64,000 nucleotides of DNA from Tagaea sp. GTDB taxonomy: Bacteria > Pseudomonadota > Alphaproteobacteria > CACIAM-22H2. Under the pieces are notes generated by a model. The model saw only the letters and a program-made list of their open reading frames with translations. It did no database searches and was not told where the DNA came from. The position numbers and the translations under genes were made by a program. Location: positions 4,119,552-4,183,551 of the forward strand of contig OZ245864.1 of NCBI GenBank assembly GCA_965229215.1, written 5' to 3'. Every line of letters starts with the position of its first letter. Position 1 is the first letter of the stretch. Shown here piece after piece: positions 32,294-42,343 of the stretch.

Positions 32294-33712
32294 ATGACCG
32301 TCGATTCGCTGCTGAACGCGCCCCTCCATGTGGTCAATGTGGGGCTCGAGAGTTTCGCGCGCGACCTGCGCACGGCGGGCGTTCCGGTCGTCGACATGGA
32401 CTGGCAGCCGCCCGCGCGCGGCGACGCCGCGCATGCAAGCCTGCTCGCCAAGCTCGATCGGCTGCCGGCGATCGAAGCAGCGAACGCCGCCGTGCTCGAA
32501 CGCTACCTGAAGGCCGATCCGGTGCTGGTCGACGTGCGCCCGGCGGGTGAGGTGCTGAAAGGGCTCGGCGACCGGATGATCCTGCATGCAGGTCCGCCCA
32601 TCGAGTGGGAACGCATGTGCGGGCCGCTGCGCGGCGCGATCCAGGGCGCCATCGTACTCGAAGGCTGGGCGCCGGACCTGGATGCGGCCGACAAGCTCGC
32701 CGCATCCGGCGGTATCCGCTTCGAGCCCAATCACCATTTCGGTGCCGTCGGCCCGATGACGGGCATGATCACGCGCTCGATGCCGGTGATGATCGTCGAG
32801 AACCGCGCCTTCGGGAACCGCGCCTACTGCACGCTCAACGAGGGGCTGGGCAAGGTCATGCGCTTCGGCGGCAACGACGCCGACGTGCTGAAGCGCCTGC
32901 GCTGGCTGGCGAGCGACCTCGCCCCGGCGATCGCGGCGGCGCTGAAGCTGTCGGGCGGCCTGGCGCTGAAGGGCCTGATCGCGCGGGGCCTCACGATGGG
33001 CGACGAGATGCACCAGCGCAACGTCGCCTGCACCAGCCTGTTCGTGCGCACGATGGCGCCTTGGCTCGCGCGCGCCGTGCCGGACCAGGCGAAACTCGCC
33101 GGCGTCTACGAATTCATCGGCGGCAACGACCAGTTCTTCCTCAATGTCGCGATGGCGATGGGCAAGTCGATCGCCGATCCGGGCAAGGGCGTGGCGAACG
33201 CGACGGTCGTCACGGCCATGTGCCGCAACGGCACGGATTTCGGCATCCGCGTGGCCGCGACGGGCGACCGCTGGTTCGTGGCGCCGGTCGAGCAGCCGAC
33301 GGGACTCTATTTTCCCGGCTACAGCGCGGCCGACGCCAACCCCGACATCGGCGACAGTGCCATCGTCGAGACGGTGGGCCTCGGCGGTTTCGCGATGGCG
33401 GCTTCGCCCGCGGTCGCGGGCTTCGTGGGTGCGGGCTCGGCGGCCGACGCGCTCGACATCACGCGCGCTATGTACGACATCGCGGTCGGCCGCAATCCCG
33501 ACTGGACGATCCCCGGTCTCGATTTTTCCGGCGTGCCGGTCGGCATCGACGTGCGCAAGGTCGTCGAGACGGGTATCGCGCCGACGATCAATACGGGCAT
33601 CGCGCACCGCAAGCCCGGCATCGGGCAGGTGGGCGCGGGTACCGTGAAGGCGCCGCTGCGCTGCTTCGAGGAAGCGCTCGCCGCCGTCGCCAAGACGATG
33701 GGGGTGGCGTGA
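32294..33712 (+). CDS. DUF1116 YlbE/YahG-family protein (AllG-like)
   Basis: ILHAGPP, AVGPM, MGDEMHQRN, MCRNGTDFGI, DIGDSAI and INTGIAH..PGIGQVGAG; N-terminal VVNVGL...DWQPP module as in YahG. Confidence 0.88.
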   Translation: MTVDSLLNAPLHVVNVGLESFARDLRTAGVPVVDMDWQPPARGDAAHASLLAKLDRLPAIEAANAAVLERYLKADPVLVDVRPAGEVLKGLGDRMILHAGPPIEWERMCGPLRGAIQGAIVLEGWAPDLDAADKLAASGGIRFEPNHHFGAVGPMTGMITRSMPVMIVENRAFGNRAYCTLNEGLGKVMRFGGNDADVLKRLRWLASDLAPAIAAALKLSGGLALKGLIARGLTMGDEMHQRNVACTSLFVRTMAPWLARAVPDQAKLAGVYEFIGGNDQFFLNVAMAMGKSIADPGKGVANATVVTAMCRNGTDFGIRVAATGDRWFVAPVEQPTGLYFPGYSAADANPDIGDSAIVETVGLGGFAMAASPAVAGFVGAGSAADALDITRAMYDIAVGRNPDWTIPGLDFSGVPVGIDVRKVVETGIAPTINTGIAHRKPGIGQVGAGTVKAPLRCFEEALAAVAKTMGVA

Positions 33713-35214
33713 TGTCCGCCGTCGTCAACCGGATCCGCAAGGGCTTCTACCTCGATTCCGTGGCGCTGATGCGCCTGTCGCAGACGCTGTCGGCGCTGCC
33801 GGGCGTGGCGTCGGCGGCCCTGATGATCGGCACGCCCAGCAACGTGCGCATCATGGACGATGCAGGCCTGCTCGACGACGCGGGCCGCAAGGCCGGCGCC
33901 AACGACCTGATCATCGCGGTCAAGGCGGCCGATGCGGAATCGGCGGCGGCGGCCCTCGACGAGGCCGACGCGATGCTCGCGCGCCCGAACGTCGTCCAGC
34001 GCGGCGGCGGCGAGCGTCGCCCGCGTTCGCTCGATGCCGCCATCGCCGGGCTCGGCGGGGCGAGCCTCGCACTCATATCCGTGCCCGGCGCGTTCGCGGC
34101 CGCCGAGGCGCGCAAGGCGCTCGCCCGCGGCCTGCATGCGATGATCTTTTCCGACAACGTCTCCTACGAGGACGAGCGCGCGCTGAAGCTCGAGGCGCGC
34201 GAACGCGGCCTGCTGGTGATGGGCCCCGACTGCGGCACCGCCCTGATCGCCGGCACCCCGCTCGCCTTCGCGAACCAGGTTCCCAAGGGCGATATCGGAA
34301 TCGTCGCGGCGGCAGGCACGGGCCTGCAGGAAGTCGCATGCCTGATCGCGCGTGGTGGAAAGGGCGTGTCGCATGGCATCGGCACCGGCGGGCGCGATCT
34401 TTCGGAGAGGATCGGCGGCCTCACGACGCTCGCCGCCATCGACGCACTCGATGCCGATCCGGCGACGAAGCATGTCGTCATCGTTTCCAAACCGCCGGCC
34501 AAATCGATCGCCGAAGCCGTGCTCGCGCGCGTGGCCAAAAGCCCCAAGCGCTTCACGATCTGCTTCCTGGGTGCGGACGGTTCCGGCATGCCCGCCAACG
34601 CGCGTTTCGCGCCCACGCTTGCGGCCGCGGCGGCCGACGCGCTCGGCGGCAGGGGCGCGGATACGGGCTACGACATCGACGCCAAGGCGGCCGAAGCGCG
34701 CGAGCAGCTGGCGCCCGCGCGCCGCTGGGTGCGCGGCATCTACAGCGGCGGCACGCTGTGCGCCGAAGCGCAGCTCGTGATGCGTGCGGCGGAAGAGCCG
34801 TTCTGGTCGAATGCGCCGGTTCCCGGCTCGATGGCGCAGCGTCCGGCCTCGGGTCACAGCTTCGTCGATTATGGCGCCGACGAATACACGGTCGGCCGTC
34901 CGCATCCGATGATCGATCCCACCGTGCGCGACGCCGCGATGGCGCAGGCGATCGAGGAATCTGGCGCGGCCGTGGTGCTGATCGACATCGTCATCGGGTT
35001 CGGCGCGCATGCCGACCCGGCGGGTGCGGCCGCCCGTGTCGTCGGCGGGGCGGGCGAGAGCCGGCCTGCGGTCGTCGCGTCGGTCGTGGGGACGGATTTC
35101 GATCCGCAGCACCGCGCGAGCCAGGTGCGCAAGCTCGAACAGGCGGGCATCCTCGTGGCGCCTTCGAACGCGCGTGCGGCAGAACTGGCGCTGGCGATTT
35201 CACGCCTGCGCTAG
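33712..35214 (+). CDS. fdrA: FdrA/YahF-family acyl-CoA synthetase-like protein (AllF-like)
   Basis: YLDSVALM, ISVPG, FSDNV, MGPDCGT, GTGGRDL, SKPP, SGGTLC and GRPHPMIDP motifs. Confidence 0.88.
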   Translation: MSAVVNRIRKGFYLDSVALMRLSQTLSALPGVASAALMIGTPSNVRIMDDAGLLDDAGRKAGANDLIIAVKAADAESAAAALDEADAMLARPNVVQRGGGERRPRSLDAAIAGLGGASLALISVPGAFAAAEARKALARGLHAMIFSDNVSYEDERALKLEARERGLLVMGPDCGTALIAGTPLAFANQVPKGDIGIVAAAGTGLQEVACLIARGGKGVSHGIGTGGRDLSERIGGLTTLAAIDALDADPATKHVVIVSKPPAKSIAEAVLARVAKSPKRFTICFLGADGSGMPANARFAPTLAAAAADALGGRGADTGYDIDAKAAEAREQLAPARRWVRGIYSGGTLCAEAQLVMRAAEEPFWSNAPVPGSMAQRPASGHSFVDYGADEYTVGRPHPMIDPTVRDAAMAQAIEESGAAVVLIDIVIGFGAHADPAGAAARVVGGAGESRPAVVASVVGTDFDPQHRASQVRKLEQAGILVAPSNARAAELALAISRLR

Positions 35215-35991
35215 CACCGCCGCGGCACCGGCCAGCGCGTCCCAGCCAGAACTGTGGCCGATCGCGTCGATCGCCGCGAAATCGGGCGCAACGCCGCCCA
35301 TCAAATCCGAAAGCGCGCGATGGAGCGCCGCGGAACCTTCGCCGCGTGTGGCCGCCCGCAGATGTGCCCAGGCGATCTCGCCCGTCGCGGCCGGAGCGGC
35401 CTTCGCGAGCCATCCGGCCAGCGCATCCGCCTGCGCCGTCCGGCCGAGGGCGCGCAGCGCGATGGCCGCGCCACCCAGTGCGTCGTCGCCGGCCGGCGTG
35501 AGGCCCGGACCGAGGCCGAGAAGAAGCGCCAGCGACTCCGGCGGCGGCCCGTCGTTCCAGTCGCGCAACGCCAGCAAGGGTCCGATGGCGGCCGAGACGA
35601 ACGGGTCCGCGCTGGCGACCGGCATGTCGAGCAGGGCCGGAATCGCGACGGCAAGGCCGCGCGGACCTGCCTGCGTGATCGCCGCCAGCCGGTCCCGCAG
35701 CCCTTCGCGTTGCAGCACGACCGCCGGCGAAGGTCCCCATCGTTCCAGCCGTGCCCGCTCGAAAGTCTGAGCCGGCAGCACGATCCCGACGGGCGGGATC
35801 GCCGGCGCGGCGGCCGCCAGCGCGTTGAGGGGCCCGTCGCCCAACCCCGGCCCACCGATACAGGCGATGTGCCCGGCGATGTCGCGCACGTAGAAGCTCC
35901 GGGCGAAGGCGGCAATGACGGTCGACATGCCGCCGCCTTCGAGCAGCCGGGCGGCGACGCTACCCGCCCGGACGAGGATAATGGGTTTCAT
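35200..35991 (-). CDS. DUF2877 YlbF/YahE-family protein (AllH-like)
   Basis: LLGLGPGLTPAGDD and IGHSSGWD signature motifs. Confidence 0.82.
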   Translation of the reverse strand: MKPIILVRAGSVAARLLEGGGMSTVIAAFARSFYVRDIAGHIACIGGPGLGDGPLNALAAAAPAIPPVGIVLPAQTFERARLERWGPSPAVVLQREGLRDRLAAITQAGPRGLAVAIPALLDMPVASADPFVSAAIGPLLALRDWNDGPPPESLALLLGLGPGLTPAGDDALGGAAIALRALGRTAQADALAGWLAKAAPAATGEIAWAHLRAATRGEGSAALHRALSDLMGGVAPDFAAIDAIGHSSGWDALAGAAAVLAQA

Positions 35992-36068
35992 GCGGGACCA
36001 TTCTAGTCCGATTGCGTCGCGCCGCACGATTTGCCAGAGTCCGGGCCAGAGTTTTCAAGGGGTGAAAG

Positions 36069-38390
36069 ATGAGTCATTTCGGCAAAGCCCAGACGCCGCG
36101 GCGTGTGGAAGATGCGCGCCTTCTTAAGGGTGCCGGTCGCTATCTCGACGATTTCGCGCTCGCCCGCCAGACCTACGCCTGCTTCGTGCGCAGCCCGCAT
36201 GCGCATGCCGAAATCCGCTCGATCGACACGACGACCGCGGCTTCGATGCCCGGTGTGCATGGCGTGTTCACCGGCGACGATCTCGCCAAGGCCGGCGTGG
36301 GCAACGTGCCCTGCATGGCGCCGCTGAAGAACCGCGACGGCAGCACGGTCAAGACGCCCGACAGGCCCGCTCTGTCGCGCGGCCGCGTGCGTTTCGCCGG
36401 CGAGGCGGTCGTCCTCGTCGTCGCGGATACGCCCGAGAACGCGCGCGACGCGGCGGAGGCAGTCGCGGTCGACTATTCGCCGCTGCCGGCGGTTGGCGAC
36501 CTGCGTGCCGCGATCCAGCCCGACGCTCCGCAGGTGTGGAACCACGTGAAGGGCAACATCGCGTTCGACTGGGTCATCGGCGACGAGGCCAAGACCAAAG
36601 TGCTGTTCGCGAAGGCAGCGCACGTCGTCGAACTCGACATCGTGAATAACCGCCTCGTGCCCAACTCGATGGAGCCGCGCGGCGCCATCGCCGACTATGC
36701 ACGCGGCGAGGACCGGCTGACGCTCTATTGCAGCACGCAAGGCGGCTACGGCATGCGCAAGGTGCTCGCCGGCGAGATCTTCAAGATCCCCGAGAGCAAG
36801 CTGCGCGTCGTCACCGGCGACGTGGGCGGCGGCTTCGGCATGAAGATCTTCGTGTTCCCCGAATATGTCGCGGTGCTGCATGCCGCGCGCGTGCTGGAAC
36901 GTCCGGTGCGCTGGATCTCCGATCGCAGCGAGGCCTTCCTCGCGGATACGCACGGGCGCGACAACATCGCCAAGGCGCGCGTCGCGGTCGACGCCAACGG
37001 GAAGATGTCGGCGATCCATGTCTCGACTTACGCCAATCTCGGCGCCTATTGCTCGCAGTACAGCACCTTCGTCGCGACGGGTGCCGGCAATTCGATGCTG
37101 GTCGGCGTCTACGCCTTCGAGGCGGCGATCGCGGAAGTGAAGGGCGTCTATTCGAATACGGCACCGGTCGATGCCTTCCGTGGCGCAGGCCGTCCCGAGG
37201 CGAATTACGTCGTCGAGCGGATGATCGATGCGGTCGGCAAGAAGCTGGGCATTGCGCCCGACGAGATCCGCCGACGCAACTTCATCCCGCCGTCGGCGAT
37301 GCCCTACAAGACGGCGCTGGGCAACACCTACGACAGCGGCCACTACGTGCAGAATCTCGACGACGCGATCGCGCGCGCCGACGTGAAGGGCTTCGAGGCC
37401 CGGCGCGAGGCGTCGAAGAAGGCCGGAAAGCTGCGGGGCCTCGGCATCGCGATGTACACCGAGATCTGCGGCGGCGGCGGCGACGAGACGGCGAACATCC
37501 AGTTCGATCCGGCGGGCGGCGCCACCGTCAAGGTCGGCAACCAGTCGAACGGGCAGGGCCACGAGACGGCTTATGCCCAGCTCGTCGCCGAGCATCTCGG
37601 CATCCCGATGGACAAGGTGCGCGTCATCCAGGGTGACACCGACGTAGCGATCTACAGCGGCATGACCGGCGGTAGCCGCGCGCTCGCGGTGACGGGCTCG
37701 GCCGTCACGCTCGCGGTCAAGGACGTGATCGCACGCGGGCGCAAGCTCGCCGCCCATCTGATGGAGGCCGCCGAGGCCGATATCGAATTCGCCAACGGCA
37801 CGTTCAAGGTGGCGGGAACCGACAAGCAGCTGACGGTAGGCGATCTTGCCTACAACGCGCACAACAAGGCCAAGCTGCCGGCCGACCAACCGGTCGGGCT
37901 CGAGGGCGACGGCACGTTCCTGCCGCCGGGCGCCACCTTCCCCAACGGCTGCCATATCGCCGAGATCGAGATCGATCCTGATACCGGCGGCGTCAGTTTC
38001 CAGCGCTACACGATCGTCGACGATTTCGGCAATGTCATGAATCCGCTGATGCTCGAAGGGCAGGTGCATGGCGGCACGATCCAGGGGATCGGCCAGGCGC
38101 TCTACGAGAGCTGCGAATACGATCCGAAGACCGGCCAGCTCCTGTCGGGCTCGTACATGGACTACGCGATGCCGCGCGCCGACCGGATGCCGACGATCGA
38201 TTTCTCGTACAACGAGGTGCCGTGCAAGAACAACCCGCTCGGCGTCAAGGGTGCGGGCGAGGCGGGCACGATCGGCGCACCGCCGGCGGTCATCCACGCC
38301 GTGCTCGACGCGCTGAAGCCCTACAACGTCGCGCATATCGACATGCCGGCCACGCCGCAGAAGATCTGGAAGCTGATCCACAAGGCGTAA
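36069..38390 (+). CDS. Xanthine dehydrogenase/CoxL-like molybdopterin-binding large subunit
   Basis: RVEDARLLKG, DVGGGFGMK, AFRGAGRPEA, GQGHET and GVKGAGEAG motifs. Confidence 0.9.
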   Translation: MSHFGKAQTPRRVEDARLLKGAGRYLDDFALARQTYACFVRSPHAHAEIRSIDTTTAASMPGVHGVFTGDDLAKAGVGNVPCMAPLKNRDGSTVKTPDRPALSRGRVRFAGEAVVLVVADTPENARDAAEAVAVDYSPLPAVGDLRAAIQPDAPQVWNHVKGNIAFDWVIGDEAKTKVLFAKAAHVVELDIVNNRLVPNSMEPRGAIADYARGEDRLTLYCSTQGGYGMRKVLAGEIFKIPESKLRVVTGDVGGGFGMKIFVFPEYVAVLHAARVLERPVRWISDRSEAFLADTHGRDNIAKARVAVDANGKMSAIHVSTYANLGAYCSQYSTFVATGAGNSMLVGVYAFEAAIAEVKGVYSNTAPVDAFRGAGRPEANYVVERMIDAVGKKLGIAPDEIRRRNFIPPSAMPYKTALGNTYDSGHYVQNLDDAIARADVKGFEARREASKKAGKLRGLGIAMYTEICGGGGDETANIQFDPAGGATVKVGNQSNGQGHETAYAQLVAEHLGIPMDKVRVIQGDTDVAIYSGMTGGSRALAVTGSAVTLAVKDVIARGRKLAAHLMEAAEADIEFANGTFKVAGTDKQLTVGDLAYNAHNKAKLPADQPVGLEGDGTFLPPGATFPNGCHIAEIEIDPDTGGVSFQRYTIVDDFGNVMNPLMLEGQVHGGTIQGIGQALYESCEYDPKTGQLLSGSYMDYAMPRADRMPTIDFSYNEVPCKNNPLGVKGAGEAGTIGAPPAVIHAVLDALKPYNVAHIDMPATPQKIWKLIHKA

Positions 38391-38394
38391 TGCG

Positions 38395-39309
38395 GTGGAC
38401 GCCGCATCCGACATCGCGGTCTCGCCGGAGGTCGCGGCGGCCTTGGCCGAGCGGCGGCCGGTGGTGGCGCTTGAATCCACCATTGTCGCGCACGGCATGC
38501 CGTGGCCGCGGAATTTCGAGACGGCACAGGCGCTGGAAGGCGAACTGCGCGGCCAGGGCGTGGTGCCCGCGACGATTGCCGTGCTTGACGGTGCGTTGCG
38601 CGTCGGGCTCGATGCGGCCGGCCTCGAACGCCTCGCCACCGACAAGACGATCGGCAAGGCCTCGCGCCGCGATCTCGCGGGCCTCGTCGCACGCCGCGAA
38701 AGCGGGGCGACGACCGTTTCCGCGACGATGCTGGTTGCCGCGATGGCCGGCATCCCGGTCTTCGCGACCGGCGGGATCGGCGGCGTGCATCGCGGCGTCG
38801 AGAGCACGATGGACGTGTCGGCCGATCTCTACGAACTTGCGCGCACGCCGGTCGCCGTCGTGTGCGCCGGTGCCAAGTCGATCCTCGACATTCCCAAGAC
38901 GCTGGAGCTTCTCGAAAGTCTCGGTGTGCCGGTCGTTGGATTCCGGACGGACGAATTCCCGGCATTCTATGCGCGCAGCAGCGGCCGGCCGGTCGACCGG
39001 CGCTGCGAAACGCCGGAGGAAATCGCGCGGCTTCTCGCCGCGCAGCTCCGCCTGAAGCTGGGCGGCATGCTGATCGCCAATCCGATCCCGGCTGAGCACG
39101 CGCTCGATGCGGCGGAGATGGAGCGCGTCATCGCGGAAGCGACCCGCGCGGCGACGGAGGAGCGGATCGGTGGGCATGCGCTGACGCCCTACCTTCTGGC
39201 GCGTCTCAATGCCGCCACCGGCGGCGCCAGCCTTGCGGCCAATGTGATGCTGGCCCGGAACAACGCAAATCTTGCCGGCGCCGTCGCGCGGGCCTTGGCG
39301 GCGCTCTAG
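38395..39309 (+). CDS. psuG: Pseudouridine-5'-phosphate glycosidase
   Basis: VVALESTIVAHGMP, TTVSATM, FATGGIGGVHRG, DVSADL and GAKSILD motifs. Confidence 0.93.
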   Translation: MDAASDIAVSPEVAAALAERRPVVALESTIVAHGMPWPRNFETAQALEGELRGQGVVPATIAVLDGALRVGLDAAGLERLATDKTIGKASRRDLAGLVARRESGATTVSATMLVAAMAGIPVFATGGIGGVHRGVESTMDVSADLYELARTPVAVVCAGAKSILDIPKTLELLESLGVPVVGFRTDEFPAFYARSSGRPVDRRCETPEEIARLLAAQLRLKLGGMLIANPIPAEHALDAAEMERVIAEATRAATEERIGGHALTPYLLARLNAATGGASLAANVMLARNNANLAGAVARALAAL

Positions 39310-39722
39310 TCGAGATCGATCCGGCCGCGGTTTGCCTTGATCGTCGAGCGGGCCGACTTCGAATCCAGCCGCCGGCGCTTCGAGCCCTTCGTCGGCCGCG
39401 TCGCCTTGCGGGCCTTGGGCCGGTGGAGCGCCTGGCGCAGCAGCGCCGCAAGTTTTTCGAGCGCGTCCTTCCGGTTCATTTCCTGCGTGCGGTGGCGGGA
39501 GGCGTCGATCAGCAGCAGGTTGGCCCCGGAAACGCGCTTTCCGGCGATCGCACGCAGCCGCTCGATGAATTCCGCCGCCAGCCGGACGCGGCCCAGATCG
39601 ATGCGCAGCTCGACGGCGGTGGAAACCTTGTTCACGTTCTGGCCACCGGGCCCGCTGGCGCGCACGAAGCGCCAGTCAAGGTCGCGGTCGTCGAGGTCGA
39701 GTTCGGGAATCACGCGCGGCAT
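39306..39722 (-). CDS. arfB: Alternative ribosome rescue peptidyl-tRNA hydrolase
   Basis: RASGPGGQNVNKVST and basic C-terminal tail (RKATRPTKGSKRRRL). Confidence 0.94.
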   Translation of the reverse strand: MPRVIPELDLDDRDLDWRFVRASGPGGQNVNKVSTAVELRIDLGRVRLAAEFIERLRAIAGKRVSGANLLLIDASRHRTQEMNRKDALEKLAALLRQALHRPKARKATRPTKGSKRRRLDSKSARSTIKANRGRIDLD

Positions 39723-39782
39723 GGCTGGCGGCACAGTCGCCCGACTTGCGCCTGCGGGCAAGCGGGTTTAGGAGTGCGGCCC

Positions 39783-40730
39783 ATGTCCGGCGTCTCGTTC
39801 GTCTGTACGGTCTACAACAAGGAGAAGTTCCTGCCCGCGGTCGTCGCCGCGATCTGGCGGCAGGTTCCCGACCGCCCGCGCGAGTTCATCTTCGTCGACG
39901 ACGGCAGCCGCGACCGCTCGGTTGCCATCGTGCGCGAGCTGACGAAGGACTGGCCGAACTGCCGTATAGTCGAGCAGCCCAACGGCGGACCTTCCTCCTC
40001 GACCAATACCGGCATCGGGCTCGCCACCCAGACCTGGCTGAAGCTTGTCGGCTCCGACGACGTGCTCGCCCCGTACGCCACGCGCCGGCTGATCGAGGTC
40101 GCCGAGGCGACCGGTGCCGGCGGCGTCTTCGCGAAGATAGGTTTCTATAACGACGATTCGCAAATCCGCTTCGACGAGGCGGCGGCCGATGCCGCCCGGC
40201 CCGTCGTGCCGGCCGATTCGGTGGCCGAGGTGATCCGCTACGGCGTATCGGGCACGTCGCCCACCTTGTTCCGCACCGAGACCGTCAAGCGTGCGGGCGG
40301 CTGCGATCCCGACGTGTTCGTCGAGGATTTCGCGCTTGCCCTACGCGTCGCGCGCCTCGCACCCATCGCGCGTTTCGAGCATGTCGTCACCTGGGGGCCA
40401 GCTTCGGACGATACGCGCATCATGGTCGGGCAGGGTCATCAGGCGCATCACGATTTCGCGCTGGCGCTCGTCCATTTCCTGCGTGCGCATCCCGACATGG
40501 CGGCGCGCTACGGGCGTCTCGCTTTCCGGCGCGCGGCCGGGCGGTCGTGGAAATACGCGCGCCGCGTCGCGGGCCTCGGCTGGGGGTCGCGCTATCCGTG
40601 GCTCAACCTGCGCGCCTATTTCGGACCGCCGGGCGATCCGGCGGAAGCCATCGCGCGCACGATGGATGTCTACGCACTTGGGACAAGCGCCGCCGCCAAG
40701 CCGATCATCCGCGTGGGGAAGGAACGATGA
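39783..40730 (+). CDS. Glycosyltransferase family 2
   Basis: TVYNKE, FVDDGSRD, GSDD and VEDF motifs. Confidence 0.85.
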   Translation: MSGVSFVCTVYNKEKFLPAVVAAIWRQVPDRPREFIFVDDGSRDRSVAIVRELTKDWPNCRIVEQPNGGPSSSTNTGIGLATQTWLKLVGSDDVLAPYATRRLIEVAEATGAGGVFAKIGFYNDDSQIRFDEAAADAARPVVPADSVAEVIRYGVSGTSPTLFRTETVKRAGGCDPDVFVEDFALALRVARLAPIARFEHVVTWGPASDDTRIMVGQGHQAHHDFALALVHFLRAHPDMAARYGRLAFRRAAGRSWKYARRVAGLGWGSRYPWLNLRAYFGPPGDPAEAIARTMDVYALGTSAAAKPIIRVGKER

Positions 40731-42343
40731 AGCCGCGTTCGCGTCAGGCGCCGGGGATTCTGGCGACCGCGCTGGCGGTCGTGTTCGTCAACCAGCTCTT
40801 TTCGTCGGGCGATTTCGTCGAGCAAACACTGCAGCTGCTGCCGTCGTCGGTGTCGATCGAACTCGTCGGGCTGGTCATCCTGTTCCTGTTGTTTGCGCGT
40901 TCGGCACGCCCACCGGGCTTTTCATTCTGGCTGCTCGCCATCGCGAGCCTTGCGGTTTTCGTCCTGCGCGCGCTCGGCATCGCCGTTCCGTGGTTCTTCG
41001 GGCGCGATCTCAATGTCGCGGTGGATTCCCGATTCGTGCCGGTCTTCGCCAAGCTGCTCTACGAAGCCACGCCGAAGATCGAGTTCGTCCTGCTGGTCGC
41101 GGGTGCTGTGCTAGGGGTCACGGTGGCGCTCGCCCTCGTGCGCGTCGCGCTCTCCACGCTCTGGCGTGCGAGCGTGCTGCGCGGCTGGGCGGGGCTGGCG
41201 CTCGGACTTGCCGTACTGCTCGCCGGCTGGTGGACGATGCCAAGGGCACCGTCCACACCCGACCCGCGTCCGCCGCTGTCGGCCGATGCCGGGCGCGCGG
41301 TCTTCGCGGCGGCGGATTCGGTCCTGCGTGCGGAGGGCCTGCGCGGCGAACATCGCGCGCGCATCGAAGCCGCGCAGGCGGCGTTGCCGGCGCGGAGCGA
41401 CTTTGCGCCGCTGGGCGGGCGCAGCGTCGTGCTGATCTTCGTCGAATCCTACGGGGCCATCACAGCGCGCGAGCCGTCCTTTGCCGCCGTACTCGACCCG
41501 CTGCGCGAAAAGCTCGATGCGCGCCTTGAAGCAGCCGGCTTCTCGCGGGCCACCGGGTTGCTCCGCTCGCCGATCACCGGCGGCGGTTCGTGGATGGCCC
41601 ACGGGACGATGCTCTCCGGTGCGCGGCTTGCCGCACAGGACGCCTACGAAGTGATGCTCGTTTCCGGCGTGCGCACGCTGGCACATCGCTTTGCGGAAGC
41701 CGGCTACCGCACGCTTGCCCTGATGCCGCGGATCGATCAGCCGTGGCCGGAAGGCAACCTGCTCGGATTCAAGACGATCCGCATCCAGCCGGGCCTCGAA
41801 TACAGTGGCCCCCATTTCGCGTGGGAGTCGCTGCCCGACCAGTGGGTGCTCGACCATTTCGCCCGTGTCGACCTGGCGCCGGCCCCGCTCTTTGCCAAGA
41901 TTGTGCTCGCCTCAAGCCACACGCCGTTCGAGCGCGTTCCGGCCTTCATCGACGACTGGTCGAAGCTTGCCTCGAACCATGCCTATGACGGATTGCCGGT
42001 GAAGGAATTCCCGGTGCGCCGCGGGCAGGTGTTCGAACAGGACGAGGCCTATGTCGCGGCCGTCGCCTATTCGCTCGAATCTGCGATCCGCTTCGCGACC
42101 GACCGCACCGACGACGGGACGCTGTTCGTCGTGCTGGGCGATCACCAGCCACCGCTGACGACCGCACGACGCACCGGCGATTTTTCGGTGCCGATCCACG
42201 TCTTTTCGCGCGCCGCCGATCTCGTCGTGCCTTTCGTGCGCCGGGGTTACCTGCCGGGCATGAAGCCGCCGCCAGGCATCGCCGCCAAGGGCATGGAGAC
42301 GTTCCTCGGCGATTTCCTGGCCGATTTCGGCGGCAGCCCGTGA
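40727..42343 (+). CDS. Membrane-anchored alkaline phosphatase/sulfatase-superfamily protein (LtaS/EptA-like)
   Basis: About five N-terminal TM helices followed by IFVESYG, SPITGGGSWMAH, SSHTPF and GDHQP metal-site motifs. Confidence 0.75.
   Translation: MKPRSRQAPGILATALAVVFVNQLFSSGDFVEQTLQLLPSSVSIELVGLVILFLLFARSARPPGFSFWLLAIASLAVFVLRALGIAVPWFFGRDLNVAVDSRFVPVFAKLLYEATPKIEFVLLVAGAVLGVTVALALVRVALSTLWRASVLRGWAGLALGLAVLLAGWWTMPRAPSTPDPRPPLSADAGRAVFAAADSVLRAEGLRGEHRARIEAAQAALPARSDFAPLGGRSVVLIFVESYGAITAREPSFAAVLDPLREKLDARLEAAGFSRATGLLRSPITGGGSWMAHGTMLSGARLAAQDAYEVMLVSGVRTLAHRFAEAGYRTLALMPRIDQPWPEGNLLGFKTIRIQPGLEYSGPHFAWESLPDQWVLDHFARVDLAPAPLFAKIVLASSHTPFERVPAFIDDWSKLASNHAYDGLPVKEFPVRRGQVFEQDEAYVAAVAYSLESAIRFATDRTDDGTLFVVLGDHQPPLTTARRTGDFSVPIHVFSRAADLVVPFVRRGYLPGMKPPPGIAAKGMETFLGDFLADFGGSP

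Noticed and set aside
36033-36052. Direct repeat GCCAGAGT x2 in the DUF2877/molybdoenzyme spacer
   Set aside because: Two 8-bp copies could be chance; no matching known motif
36069-38390. Aerobic CO dehydrogenase CoxL
   Set aside because: Active-site loop is AFRGAGR, not AYxCSFR, and no coxM/coxS or accessory genes are adjacent
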